From: Prorocentrum cordatum
Taxonomy: Eukaryota
Length of the DNA stretch: 54,933 bases
Assembly: GCA_963575745.1 (NCBI GenBank)
Contig: CAUYUJ010000198.1
Location: 62,001 to 116,933, forward strand
Direction of reading: 5' to 3'
Positions 1 to 12,334 of the stretch are shown in pieces. The notes below the pieces were generated by a model. That model was not told the origin of the DNA. It ran no database searches and saw only the letters and a list, made by a program, of their open reading frames with translations. Within the stretch, counting starts at the first letter, position 1; every line of letters begins with the position of its first letter. Both the position numbers and the translations under genes were made by a program.

Positions 1-62
1 CCAAGGCCGCCCCGGGGCCGCACGGCCGCCCCCGGGGCCCCCGGAGCCGCCCCGGGGCCCCC

Positions 63-89
63 CGATCACGAACCCCAGGGTTGTGATCG
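63..89 (-). other. Stem-loop in the putative LINE 3' UTR
   Basis: CGATCAC-G-AACC...GGTT-GTGATCG forms an 11-12 bp stem with one bulge, about 70 nt downstream of the LINE ORF stop, followed by GC-rich short repeats (1-60). Confidence 0.5.
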
Positions 90-159
90 TGAGGCTCCCG
101 TGCGTTCCGGGGCCCCCAGGCGCGCGCAAATCTACCACCAGGGCCGCCTTGGGGCCACC

Positions 160-1365
160 TCAGAGGTCGTCGAGGGCCTCTGCAGAATGGGTGATCCTGA
201 ACGGCATATGGGGTCCTTCGACCCACGGGCGCCCGCCTTGCCTCCGTGGTCTGGCCGCGAGCCGCGCCGCTACGGTCACCCCCGTCAGGACGTCGGCGTC
301 CTGGGCGCAGCGCTGCGCAAGCGCTGCGGCTGGCGTGCCCTCCCAGGCTGCCCCTGCTGCGGCGTCCCGCGCTGCCTGCGCAGCGTTGCGGCACTGTGGG
401 AGGTGCTGGACGTCAAGCTCCACGCCGTCGCACCACGGACAGGCTGCCTCCGCCGCGCCGCCCCTGCTGGAGGTGAAGCGCTCTTGGAGGCGCCACTGCG
501 CCCAGGGCCGGATGGCGCGACAGGTCAGGCGGAACTCTGCCGCATCCGCCGCGACCCCTAGCCCTCTGTCCGGGTACCGGGTGCGCTCGGCGGCCACCCA
601 GAGATCTTCACGCCGCTGCAGCTGTGGGTCGACCTCCTCCACGAGGTAACGCCGGATGAGCCTCTTGCGCGCCTCCCGGCCGAGCGCCTCGGGGGGCGCA
701 GCGGCCGCCGCCTCCACCCACTCCCGGAACGGTCGCACGTTCAGGCCGCCGGCGTGGTGCTGCATGGCCGCTGTCCAGGTGGTCTGGGATTGTCCCGCAA
801 GGCGCAGCACGCGCGGCGGGAGGGCGGACTGGGGCATGGCCTGGACCCTGGCCCAGAGACCGAACGCTTGTCGCAGCGTGGTCGTGCTGAGTCTCCACGG
901 CGTCCCGATCTCGCGGAGGAGGCAGACCCGGGGGGCCGGTTGGGTCAAGTCCAGGAGCTCAGAGACCCATCGGTCGTAGATGGCGCCCAGGCGAGTCGCC
1001 CAGTCGCCGCGGATCACCAAGAGGGCGGCTCCGTGGCAGGCGCCCGGTTGCACGCGGGCCTGCAGTGCTGCGAGCGCCGCCGCCAGGGGGAGGCCGAGCA
1101 GCTCAATGCCCGCGAGGGTGCCGCGCCAGGCCCTCTGCGCCCGCTGCTCAACTTGCTTCAGCAGGCCAGTCATGGTCGCGTCAGGCTCTACGGGGATGCC
1201 CAAGGACGCGTGGAGGTCAACGAAGGCAATGTCATTGAGCGGCCGTCGGTCAGCGAGGCCCTGTGCCATGCACTCCGCCTGGTCCTTCCCCTTCCTCCGC
1301 CTCCTCCTCAGACACAGCATGAGGCCAAGTCGAGCAACTGACAGCAGGCTGAAAACGCGGCTCAA
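160..1365 (-). mobile_element. 5'-truncated non-LTR retrotransposon (LINE) ORF2 remnant: RT thumb region plus C-terminal CCHC-type zinc knuckle
   Basis: FVDLHASLGIPVEPDATMTGLLKQVEQRAQRAW resembles the LINE RT 'YKYLGV..D..L....HI..I..KA' block. LQARVQPGACHGAALL resembles 'LYKALIRP.LEYG..VW'. The C-terminus has CPWCDGVELDVQHLPQC (CxxC...HxxxC). No catalytic YADD core is present. First ATG is at 1320. Confidence 0.75.
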
Positions 1366-1375
1366 AACCGATCTG

Positions 1376-1525
<150 letters not shown>

Positions 1526-2129
1526 GCTCGGGATGCCTCTGGGCTGCCCGACCGAAGTGGCGGTCGGCACCAGGCCGCGCAGAGGCGGGAAGGGGTCTTC
1601 CTCGCTCCCGCCCTCGCCCAGGGACCTCCGCCCCCCCGCCGCCAGGGTGGAAACCTGCTCGAAAGTGAAGGGGCAGGTGCTGAGCCTAGCGCAGCTCACT
1701 GTGCACCCTGGCTGTGGGGAGGCGGACCCGGAACAGCGAAGGTGCCACACAACATAATATAAGGCTGACGTAGAATAGAGGACCCAAGCTTCGCTGTTTA
1801 GGGAAAGAGAACGACGGCCTCGCTCTCTAAACTGATTGGAAGCGCACGTGGCCTAAAGTAGCCCACTCCTTTGCGACAAAATGCCGCGGGTGCGTCCCAG
1901 GTGTGTGCAGCAGCTGCCCCGGGGCAGGGGGGAGATCCTCTTTCTCCTTGTCGATAAAACACGCGCAGCCCAAACGCGCAACGCACGCACTATAATACTC
2001 GACCCCTCCTCTCCCCCACCTCCCCCAGAAAAGACGGACAAGAAGCAGCGGAAGCTCCGAGGGATAGGGGTGGGGAAGAATAGATAGGATATGGGTAACG
2101 AGGGGGGGAGCGGGAGAGGGGGGCACTGC

Positions 2130-3406
2130 GCTGGGCTGAAGACCGCAGCGACGTTACGACAGGACGGTGTTGTAAATACTCATGCCTGCCAATTGCATCC
2201 CTCGCTCACTGCTCAGCCCCCTTATGCAGCACCCCCCTGGGACTGAAAGCATCTGCCTTGCAGAGGTAGCTCTCGAACCTGAAGGTTTTGAACAAACCTG
2301 GAGCTTCTTCAAGACGTCAGGCTTGTCGGAGGTGGTCACGTTGGAGATGGCCACGCCGCGGGCATCGAAATCCCTGTCTGTCCCGACGCGGCGAAGATGC
2401 GAGTTATGGTCGCCAGGCGTGTCCTTGTTGATGAGAGGTCAACCGTTGAGGTGTCATAGTCGTGCTCGTAGCAGTCGCTTGCAACGACACTCTTTGGGAA
2501 CTCTTGAACGTGTCATCGCCTATGTTGTGGTTCGTGTTCGGGTGCAGAACCACCGCCGGTTGAAAGCACTCCTTCGGAATACTGCCGAGCGCCTTTGCCC
2601 GATCCACTGACCGCGCGAAAACGGCAGCCAGGTCGAACTTCGCGGACTTGAAAGTTTCAAGCAGCTTCTTGTTCTTGGCACGCTTTGGGAATTCCGCAAA
2701 ATAGTGCTGAAAACTATATGGATTTTAACCCATAGTCGAGCCGGAATCTTTAGTGTCGAAACGGTTGCTATCACCAGCGGCTCCGCTCTCCTCGAAGGCG
2801 ACTGTCTTCTCTGCGGGAATGGCTGGCTCCAGAGTCTGGGCTCCCGCCTCCTGCTTGCCGAGGTCAGCGCCAATGTTCAAACTCGATCTCCGCCAGGCTC
2901 CACTTAAAACCACACTCTTGGGGCGGGTGTGAGATTATATCGGCACGGAGATCCAAAAAAGAGACTTGATGTCAATCAACTTCTCCGTCCAGGCTGTGGA
3001 TGGCCTGATCCTCGATGGTCTTGGAAGCGCTGAACTGATCATCTGTGCCAAGGTGGGCAGCTTCAGGGTGACTATCTTCTCCTGAATGGCTGTCGGAACT
3101 AACCTGACCCCTGTGGGCCTCAAATTCCCTTCCCAGTAACAGAGAATCTCGATAATCTCCTCGGCGATGTGATTCTCGCACCTCTTGCTGCACCTGCTCT
3201 ATGAAGGCCGCCACTGACGGGCCTGTGATATGCTGAACCAAATGGTACGCGCACTCGATGCGAAAGATCTTATTGTGGGTCTTACTTGGAAGGCGAAACA
3301 ACTTCGAAGCCATTGCAAGACCCTGGAAATGGCGGCCAGCAGCAGACGACATGTCCCTGAGGAGACATCCATGAAGGGAATCGAAGAGCTGAACTGGGCC
3401 CGACAT
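2130..3406 (-). pseudogene. Decayed SL-capped retrocopy of unknown function, possibly a retroelement ORF1
   Basis: ATG at 3406 lies 56 nt after the relict SL. The frame MSGPVQLFDSLHGCLLRDMSSAAGRHFQGLAMASKLF...AYHLVQHITGPSV is open to a stop at 2972. Protein-like text continues through stops and frameshifts (NPYSFQHYFAEFPKRAKNKKLLETFKSAKFDLAAVFARSVDRAK). The lower boundary is approximate. Confidence 0.5.
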
Positions 3407-3462
3407 GCGGAGCTCCGGTTGCTGCAAGCAGAAAAACACAGAGGCGACACCTCTTGCCGAGC

Positions 3463-3485
3463 CTTGAGCCAAAAATGGCTACGGA
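3463..3485 (-). other. Relict dinoflagellate spliced leader (DinoSL)
   Basis: The minus strand reads TCCGTAGCCATTTTTGGCTCAAG, the 22-nt DinoSL DCCGTAGCCATTTTGGCTCAAG with one extra T. Confidence 0.93.
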
Positions 3486-4834
3486 GCCGCCTCCTCCTCC
3501 TCCTCCTGTCCTCCCTCCCCGTCCTCCCTCCTCGTCCCGCACACCTGCGCCGAGAGTAGCAGACGGAGGTGGCGAGGGGACGACGCCTAGCAGGAGGGGG
3601 AGCCCAGCAGGAGGGGGACGAGGCCCGACCGCTGCCGGACAATACCTGGCCACCGCTGACGTCGAAGATGGAGACTTACAGGTGCGGCCAAATTCCACCA
3701 GCCCTCCGGGCATATTTGTTTGAAGGACTTGTTAGTCCAGACTCCTTGCTCTGTTTCGAGGCTTCGGGGAGGCACTCTCCCCCTCCCCCTCCCGCCTCCG
3801 CTGGGTCTGGACAGGGGGGCCCGCGTGCCAGAGCGTCCAAGATGGCCCAAGATGGACCCAAGAGGGCCCCAGGTAGCCCAATATTGCTTCCAAGATGGCT
3901 CAAGATATCCCAACATGTCCTCCAACGTGCCTCCATGATGCTACAATACTACCCCAAGACGGCTCCCCGAGGCCATGCAGCCGTCTCAATGAGACCCCTG
4001 GGAAAGTATGTGTAGCTTCGAGCCTGTTCGCTTCCTATTGGCCTCCGAGGCCTCAGGATAACCCAACGAACGCCCAAGATGGGCCCAGAAAAGGCCCAAG
4101 ACGGCCCCAAGAACGCCCACGGGCGCCCCAAGAGCTTCCCCAGAGGGCTCCAACAGACGACTGAATGTGTTCCAACAAGACGGTGTTACTCGGCGTTGCC
4201 CTTTTTTGCTCGATGATTTCGGAGATGGCCGCAAGAGGGCCGAAAAGGACCCCAATTGTTCCCAAAACGGCCCCACGACAGCTCTCCAGGCTCCAAGATG
4301 CCTCCAGGAGGCTCCAGGATGTCTCCACGTTGATCAGTTCAACCCTCTCTGTTTTACAATCAGCTTATTATCTCCCTTCTCCCGACAGCTCGCCCGGGCA
4401 TCGTTTCCGTACGGACTGCTGGGGATGTGCAAAAAACGTAGAGATTTCCCGAATGCGGGATTTCTGCACAACGAAGGCTCGATTCAGGCAACACTGTGTC
4501 CGACGTCCTGGGCGGGGGAGGGGAGGGAGGAGGGAGTCCGGGAGGGGAAGGAGGAAGGCAGGCGCAAGGACGGAACGGGCGGGGAGGAACGGGGCCGGGA
4601 GGGAGGGATGGTGAGAGGGAGGCACCCGTGCGCGTCCCGACTCGGTCCGACCCAGCCCGTCCCGCAGAGGTCCTGAGAGAGAAGTGGGTCTTTCTCCAAG
4701 GCGAGCGTGGTGGGGGCGGGAGGTCGGGGGCAAAGGATGCACGAAGAGAGCATCGAAGCGAGAGCCTCTCGATTGTACCTAGGCTTGCGGCGTCCCCTAA
4801 CCGAGCGTAGCCTGCGATGTCGCTGCGTGATGAT

Positions 4835-5342
4835 CGAACCGCTGTAGCTGATGACGTTCGCCTGCAACGGCATATCCCGCATCTCGGTGAGCAGCGAGAT
4901 GATTCGCTGACTGCGACCGCTCGTCTGCCTCGGCCGTGCTGATCTGGGCCTAGTCTGCGATACCGCTTCTGCGCAGCAAAACGCCGATCGGAAGGCTGCA
5001 GCTTGTTGCGTGCGGATCCAACTTCGTCTCCCGAATTCGCTGAGCAGCGACAAGCCTTGCTGCCATTGTTTTCCTTTCTCAGACGCGCAGGTCCCAGCGT
5101 CGAACAAAAAAACAGCGTCGAAGCTGATGGCACTGGACTAAAACTTCGCCTCCAACATCTCGCCGAGTGACACCAACGCCCGCTGCTACTTCAGTGGGGG
5201 CTTCGCGTCGCATGTTGTCCAACAATGTGTGTGAGAAGACTCCGCTGAGACCTCAAACCGTCTCTCAACTCGCCCAGCAACGACACCAGCTGCAACGCTT
5301 GCCTGCTTCCATCGCACGCGCAGATCCCAGCTTGGTAGTTGA
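4835..5342 (-). pseudogene. Degenerate PPR repeat fragments
   Basis: NYQAGICACDGSRQALQLVSLLGELRD; QRALVSLGEMLEAK; ASEKGKQWQQGLSLLSE; IISLLTEMRDMPLQANVISYSG, with stops and frameshifts. Confidence 0.75.
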
Positions 5343-6292
5343 GTAGGGGAATCCCAACAGGAAATCCACAACAAACAGATGGCTCACGCATGTTCGAGGC
5401 CGTCTTGGAGTGGCCTCTTCTTGCCCGTGCTGATTGTTGCTGCTGCTTGCTGCTTACCGCGTGCTGGAGCAGCTTGCTGCAGCTGGCTGCTCCTGCTGCT
5501 TGCTGCTGCCTACTCTCCTGCTCCGCTGGCCTTGCTGCTGCTGGCTCTGCCGCTACTTTTGCTGCTCTGGCTGGAGTGCCTCGTGATACGGGCGGAATCT
5601 CTCGGAGCCTCGCGGGTCGTCTTGGGTCCCCCATGGGGCCTGCACGCCCGGTTCGTTGGCGGCAACCTTCGGGCCGGAGATGCGCCGCCCTGGCGCTCTC
5701 TTGAAGCCCCTTCTTGCGTTGGGCCCTCGTCATAAGCTCTCGATCGCCCTCTTCAAGCCGTCTTGGGATTCCTAGGGGCCTCGCACGGCCCTTCTGGGAG
5801 GTTCAGGGGGGTTCAGCCAAGCCGTGGGACTATCACAGGGCTGCCTGGAGCCATCTCGGAGCCGCGTGAGGGGGGACCATCGTGGAGGGCAGCCAGGGGC
5901 CAGTTGGGACATCTAAGGAGCGCGTGGGGCTCTCGTGAAAGCTCTTGCGGGCGTCGTGGGCCACTCTGAAAGCCCATGGGGCCCTTCTGAGAGCTGCCTG
6001 GAGCGCAGAGCTGGAGAGTATGCAGGATGCCGATGGGAAGCCGCAGACTTTTGCCTCTTCAGGGTCCAAGGCAAGGCAATTGTGGGCGGTCTGGGGGCCC
6101 TCGTGGCGGTACAGCGAGGCGGCTTGGGGCGTCTGGGGCCATCAACCTGGCCTGTGAGGTGAACGGGGCCCTCGGCGGCTGACTGAAGGGCCTTTGGGCG
6201 GCCCTGTGGCGTGTCTGGGATTGCCCGGGCGACTTTTGGCCAGTTGGGCGAGCGCCCTTTCGTACGTGGTGGCACTGGCATTGTAAGTGAGA

Positions 6293-6321
6293 CTAGGGCT
6301 GGCATTTGGACCACATTGACG
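6293..6321 (-). mobile_element. Degenerate Helitron-like 3' terminus joined to a TCTC-PPR-like start
   Basis: ...GTCCAAATGCCAGCCCTAG|TCTC ACT TAC AAT GCC AGT; the hairpin is eroded. Confidence 0.45.
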
Positions 6322-6439
6322 GCAGGCCGCCTAATCTGACAGGAGTTCTCCTGGCAGCCACGAAAGCTTACTCGCATGCAAGGTTTATGATTGCTTGTCT
6401 GCCTGGCTTCTGGTCTGCCCTCCTGTTAACGACGTTGCT

Positions 6440-7590
6440 AGCCTGGTGGCCAGCCGTTTGCCGCTGCTTGTTGTTGCTTGCCGCTGCTTGCTGCTGGTTA
6501 CTCCGATTGTTGCTCATTGCCATCCTTGTCAAGTAGTTGCTGGTGCGTGCTGCCTCCTACTACCACTCGGTGCTGCTACTTGCTGCTAAATGATGCTGTT
6601 TGGTTGCTGATGCGTGCTGTTGCGCTGCTGCTGCTGCTGCTGCTTCTGCTGCTTCTGGGTGCTGCTATTCATGCTCGCCGCTGCCGCTTGCTGGTGCTTC
6701 TTGTTACTGCTTGGTGCTGATGCTTCTGCTTACTGCGTAAGACTTGCTGGTGAGCCATGGTGCTAGTGTATGCTAATGCTGCCTGCTGCATGCTGCTGCT
6801 TTGCTGGTGCTGTTAGCTGTTGTTTGCTGCTCATGTTGGTGCTTGCTAGTGCTGGGGTTTCTGGGGGACCTCTTGATGCTCTCTCGAGCGATCTTTGGAG
6901 CCTTGAGGGCAACGCGGACCATCTATCACTGATTAACCTCATGAGGCTCTCTGGAATGAGATTGTGATCAGCTTGGATTCCTGCAGCCCCAGGGAGAGAA
7001 ACTAGCAGAGATATCACGGGGCCAACCTCTGGGCCAAAGGAGGGCTATCTGGTGATGTAGGATGCCCTTGGCCGGCTCTTGTGTGGCCTCCGTGCCACCT
7101 GGGAATTCCTGTGCCTCGCGGGTCCCTTCTGGGAGGCCTGGGTGCTTTGTGGAAGGATCTCGGGGACACTCTAATGCCGCCTTGGAGTCGTCTTATAGAC
7201 TAGTCTTGGCCACTGCATAATGCTGCCTGGTGAGACGTGGCGCTTCTTGTGTTGCTGCTGCTTGGTGCTGGTTGATCCTGCGTGCCTGTCACTGCGTGCG
7301 TGCTGCTGCTCGCTTTCGCTGGTGCGTGCTCTTGCTGTTGCTTGCCGTTATTTGTTTGCTGCTGCTGCTGCTGCGTGTGACTGCAGGGTAATGCTGACTG
7401 CCAGTTCTGCTTTCTCTGTGCTGCTGCATGGTGCTGGAGCCTGCTGCCTGCTGGTGCTTGCTGATGCTGCGTGCTGCCGCTGTTGCTGTTTGCTCTGTGC
7501 TGCTGCCGATGTTCGCTGGTGCTGCTTGAAGGCTGCAGGGTGATGCTTCTCTCTCGCTGGACTTCTGCTGGCTGACGCAACCTGCTGCTC
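6440..7590. repeat. Degenerate (CTG/TGC)n low-complexity modules
   Basis: Tracts at 6440-6860 and 7220-7590; related tracts at 5430-5570, 12590-12770, 21575-21665, 35325-35550, 36055-36185 and 45370-45440. Confidence 0.85.
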
Positions 7591-8788
7591 GCGATCGGAT
7601 CGGGGGGCGGAGAGGAAAGAGCCAGTGTGAGGGGGGAGGGAGAGAGGGAACAGCGGGCGATAAGGGAGGAGCGACGGCCGGAGCGAGAGGGTCCACGAGG
7701 GCGGACAAAGAACCGAGGAGAGGGCGAGTTGCCGGGACGGACGAGGCCAGGAAGGAGGCATGCATGCAGCGAGGAGGAGCGGGAAGGGAGGAGCACAGAG
7801 CGAGGCGAGTGTGGCGACGAGCGGGGAACAGAGGACGGGGAGCGTGAAGTGCGGAGCAGGGCACGGAGAAGCAAGGAGGGAGGCTCGAGGCGCGACCCGC
7901 ACATAGCCTCGACGCGCGTGCGGTCCACACCTTTGTCCCTCTTGGGTTGCTCATGGGGCCCTCTCGAGGCCAACTTTGGGGCCTCTTCAGCTCCCCTGGG
8001 GGCCGCTCGAGGAGCGGCCGACGCACGAGTCTCCCGGAGGGCTCGGCGCGAGGGGGCCGAACACTCCGTCTCCTCTTGCGTCGCTCTCGAGGCCAACTTG
8101 GGGCCTCTGCGGAGCCTTGATCCCCTGGGGCTCTCCCGGGCCTCCTGAGGCCATCTGGGCGTGCCTCCCGGCTTTGGGGGCTCCGAGGCGGTCCGCAGAG
8201 GTGGGGGGTGACTTGAGCCATCTCGGGGCGGCATCGGGCCGTCTTTGGGATGTCTTGGGGCCATCTTGGAGGTCGGCTGGGCCTGGACTCATATTGGGCT
8301 ATCTTGGGGGCGTCTTGGGCCCTCCTGGGAGCTCTTGTGACCCCTGGGCCATCTTAGAAGCATCTGGGATACTTCTTGGAGCCACCTGGAGCTGAACAAC
8401 AAAACAGGAGTATCGAAGACACGTTCAACAAACTATACGCTTTCTTCGTCTTTCTGAGACGCTGCACCTGGACCTGGCTCTCAAGGTGGCGCATTTTGTC
8501 CGAACCACCCTCGCCACCTATGAGCAGCGAGCAATGATGACCCGCGCCTCCGCCTCTTATGGCCCCTGCGCGGGGCCATCTTGGAGGCTGTTGGGGCCAC
8601 CTCGGCGCCATCTGGTGGCGTCCTGTTGGGTCCAGGGAGCATCTCGGAGGCCTGGTTGGCGGTCGTGGGCGCTTTTGGGAGGACCGCTTGGGCCGCATAG
8701 GCCTCGCAGAGGGCTGCTTGGGGTGGTTTTGGGGCATCCCGGTGCCCGCCCTTCTGGCAAGCGGTATCGCCGGCATTATAGCAGAGAG

Positions 8789-8991
8789 GACGTTGGGCTC
8801 GAGTTTTGACTCGCTCATCTCGCTGATCAGCGCGAAACCCCAGTGCCATTGCTGCCCCGCTGCGCACGCTTCTATCCCTGAGCTGTAGCTGATGAAATCG
8901 GGCTCCGCCTCTCGCATCTCGTTGATCAGCACCACAGCCCGCTGCCACTGTTTGCCCTTCTCGCACGCGCTGATCCCAGCGTTGTAGCTGA
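8789..8991 (-). pseudogene. PPR fragment, about 2 motifs
   Basis: SYNAGISACEKGKQWQRAVVLINEMREAEPDFISYSSGIEACAAGQQWHWGFALISEMSESKLEPNV. Confidence 0.88.
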
Positions 8992-9020
8992 CTAGGGCTG
9001 ACCCGTGGACTCCTTCCACG
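8992..9020 (-). mobile_element. Helitron-like 3' terminus (hairpin + CTAG|T)
   Basis: CGTGGA-AGGAG-TCCACG GGTCAGCC CTAG|TCAGCTACAAC. Confidence 0.65.
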
Positions 9021-10179
9021 ATGTCTTTCTGGCGGAGATTTTGTCGAATACCTATACGCACTACGGCGGCCGGGGCGGTGGCAGCGAGACCGCACCTTCG
9101 TGTCCGAGCTCTTGAAGGGCTCCAGCAGCTTGGCCCTGGTGCACGGCTCGTTCGCCCCCCTCATATTGAGGGCAATTTTGAAGTCTTTCGGGGATGTGCG
9201 TCAAGGTGGAAGCCCATCTAGGGCGTCTCAGAAGCGCCCGGGAAAGGGCTCGGGAGGCCCCCGGGGAAAGCCACTGGGAGCGCCTGGGAGGCTCGGAAGG
9301 ATCTCCAGGGGGGGCCCAAGAGAGCTTCAAGAGGGTGTGACATTCAATCAGATCTTACAAGAAACCGCTGTTGGGTCTGACGTGCTCCGCTACGCTGGAG
9401 AGGCCGTTTTGTTGGAGTTCTGTGGGAAGCGAAGCTCTCTCGGGCGTGTCAGGAGCGCCGGTCCCCCTCTCTTGGATGCAGCCCCTACTGGCCTCTTGAA
9501 GGGCTGAGGGCCTCTCAGGTCCTCGCGCCTCCGCCTCCTCCTCCTCCTCCTCCTCCTCCTCCTCCTCCGCCTTCTTGCCTCGATGCTGCATGCCCTGGAT
9601 CTTGGACAGTCAATCGTAGACCCTCGGAGCATCGACAACGGCCGTTGGGGCCTGCGTTCTGCCTCTCACCTCTCGTCCGCCCCCCCTCGGGAATTCTGTA
9701 GCCACTTAGGGCCTCTTGGGGGCCGTGTGGGGGGCCTTTTGGGGCTTCTTTTCGGCTTCGAGGGGCCTCTTGGGGCCCTCTCGGGCTCTGGTCGGTGCCG
9801 TTTGGGCAATCTCGGAACCGTCTTGGACCGTCTTGAGCGCCTCTTGGGCCGTCTTGGGGCCGTCTTGGGGGCCCATTGGGCCATGTTCGGGCCATCTTGG
9901 GTCGTCTTGGGACGTCTTTGGGGCTGCCTTGGGTGCCTCTTGGGCCGCCTTGGGCGCCTCTTGGGCCCGTCTTGGGACCCTGATGAGGGCATCGCGGGAC
10001 GATCGTGGAGGGCTCTGTGGCCGTCGTGGACGCGTTGGAGCCGAAAAAACACGATAATGTCAAACATGTCAGTTTTCCGACGGGAACGGGGAGTAGGTTG
10101 TCGAGCGAGGCTGGTGGGGATACTTTTTTGATCTGACTCAATCGGACGGGCTCGCGCTGCGTCCCGCGTTAGAACTGCT

Positions 10180-10285
10180 ATGATGGTGGGCCGCAGCTTC
10201 GCCTCCCACATTTCGTGAAGCAGCCCTAGCGCCCGCTGCCACTGACCGCCCTTCTCGCACGAGCTGATCCCAGCATTGTAGGTGA
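10180..10285 (-). pseudogene. PPR fragment, 1 motif
   Basis: TYNAGISSCEKGGQWQRALGLLHEMWEAKLRPTI. Confidence 0.88.
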
Positions 10286-10314
10286 CTAGGGCTGACCCGT
10301 GGACTCCGTCCACG
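10286..10314 (-). mobile_element. Helitron-like 3' terminus (hairpin + CTAG|T)
   Basis: CGTGGAC-GGA-GTCCACG GGTCAGCC CTAG|TCACCTACAAT; perfect 7-bp stem. Confidence 0.7.
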
Positions 10315-11300
10315 ACATCTTTCTGGAATGGTTCTCGGAGGAACGGCGCAGATTGTACCGAAAATCTAAAAACACGGCGGCGGCTCGGGCGGCGGCAGCG
10401 AGACCGCGCCTTCGTGTCTGAGCTCTTGCAGCGCTCCAGCAGCTTGGCCCAGCGCACTGCTCGTTCACCCCCCTCCTATTGATGGCAGTTTCGAAGTCTT
10501 TCGGGGATGTGCGTCGAAGTCGAAGCCCATCTGAGGCGTCTCAGGAGTGGCCGGGGAAGGGCTCGGGAGGCCATCGGGGAAAACCACCGAAAGCGCCAGG
10601 GAGGCTCGCAAGGATCTACAGGGAGGGCCAACGAGAGCTTCAATATTCTGTAAAAAAATTAGAGAAACCGCTGCTGGGTCAGCCATCACCTCCGGGCACG
10701 CCTTGATGGTGCAATCCAGTCGCATCACCGCCAACGGGAGGGTTTGTTCGCCGTGTCCCATTCTGTTCGCCCAGAGGGTCTGTGGAGGCCTTCGGGCGAA
10801 CAGAACGGGACAGGGCAAGGAATGGGGAAGACTTGTCCGAATCTCCTGGGCCCCCCCAGGTGCTCGTCCGAAGAATGCGGAGATGTCCCTGGGTCATATC
10901 AATTGGCTGCTGTCCAAGGGGTCCGGTCTGGTTGGCCCGAAGAGTTTGCCAAGGTCCCTGGGGGAACAGAATGGCACAGCATATCGGGCAAAGGCGGGCG
11001 GTAGCTGGCCTGTCAGACCCGGCGTTCGTCTTCTGCCCAAGCGGCGCGGGGCCCACGGGCCCCAGCGTTGGCGGCCCGCTGGGTTTCCTTTTGTTCGCCC
11101 ACAGGGTTGAAGGAGGCCTCCAGGCGAACATAATGGGGCAGGACAATGAATGTGGGAGACTTGTCGCAAGCTCCCAGCCCCCCCAAGTGTTCGCCCGAAG
11201 GGTGTGGGGCCGCGTTGGCTCCCTCAAAGGGCCGTCGGCAATCGTCGATCCTACGACGACTCCCCAACAGAGAAACATCGAAGGCCCTCGGAGCGTCCAA

Positions 11301-12268
11301 CATTGTTCTTTTGTGCCTTCGATATGCCGGTCGCCTCTCGTCCGCTCCCCCCCTCCTGGAAGCAATTCTCATGCCACTTAGGGCTTCTCGGCCGTTTGGG
11401 GATCTCTTGGGGCGTTTTTGCCTGCGATATGCCTGTCGCCTCTCGTCCGATCCCCCGCTCCTGAAAGGAATTCTGAAGCCACTGATGGCTTCGTGGGGGC
11501 CGTTTCGGAGCCTCTTCGGCCTTCTTTTGGGCCTCCCGGGGGAGCTCTTAGGGCCCTCTCGGGCCGTCTTGGGTGCCTCTTGGGCCGTCTTGGGGCCGTC
11601 TGAGGCCCGCCTCGGCGCCTCTTGGGCTGTCTTGGGCCGTCTTGGGCCGCTCCTGGGGCCGTCTTGGGTGCCTCTTGGGCCGTCTGGGGCGCCTCCTGGG
11701 CCGTCCTGGGGCCGTCCTGGGGCTTCTTGGGGCCGTCTTGGGGCCCTCCTGGCCCGTCTTGGGGCTCTCTTGGGGTCCTCTTCGGCCGTGTTGGAACGGT
11801 CGGGGGGACTTCTTGGGCCGTCTTGGAGCGTCGGGAAGCCGAAAAGGCGAGGAGGCCGAAAACATCGGAAAACACGGTAGAAATCGACGATTTCTGTCGC
11901 TCGGGGCCCTCTTGGGAGGCCTCTTGGGAGGCCTCTTCGGGCGTCTTGGACGCCTCTTGGGCCGTCTGGGGAGAATCTCGGGCGTCTTGGGCCCATCTTT
12001 AAGCGTGTCAGGGCTCTCCGGGGCCGTCTTGGGGGCTTCTGGGGGCCCTCTCGACATGTCCTGGAGCCTGCCTGGGCGGCCCGGGGCGGCCCGGGGCCAG
12101 CCCGGGGCGGTTTTGAGACATTGGAGCCTGGGCCCTTCTGGCACGCACTGGGCCCTGCAATGTAGTAGAGACTAAGGCTGACCCGTGGATTCCGACCACG
12201 ACATCCTTCTGTAATGGTTTTAAGAGGAACGGCGGAGATTCTGCCGAAAACCCATCAGCACGGCGGCG
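11301..12268. repeat. ~970-bp dispersed duplication, copy 1 (copy 2 at 22138-23108)
   Basis: Colinear, highly similar sequence from CATTGTTCTT.TGTGCCTTCGATATGCCGG to CACGGCGGCG. Confidence 0.9.
12172..12200 (-). mobile_element. Helitron-like 3' terminus variant (TTAG) at a head-to-tail junction
   Basis: CGTGGTCGGAATCCACG GGTCAGCC TTAG|TCTC TAC TAC ATT GCA GGG CCC AGT GCG TGC CAG AAG GGC. Confidence 0.6.
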
Positions 12269-12334
12269 GCCAGGGCGACGGCAGCGAGACCGCGCCTTCG
12301 TGTCCGAGCTCTAGCAGCGCTCCAGCAGCATGGC

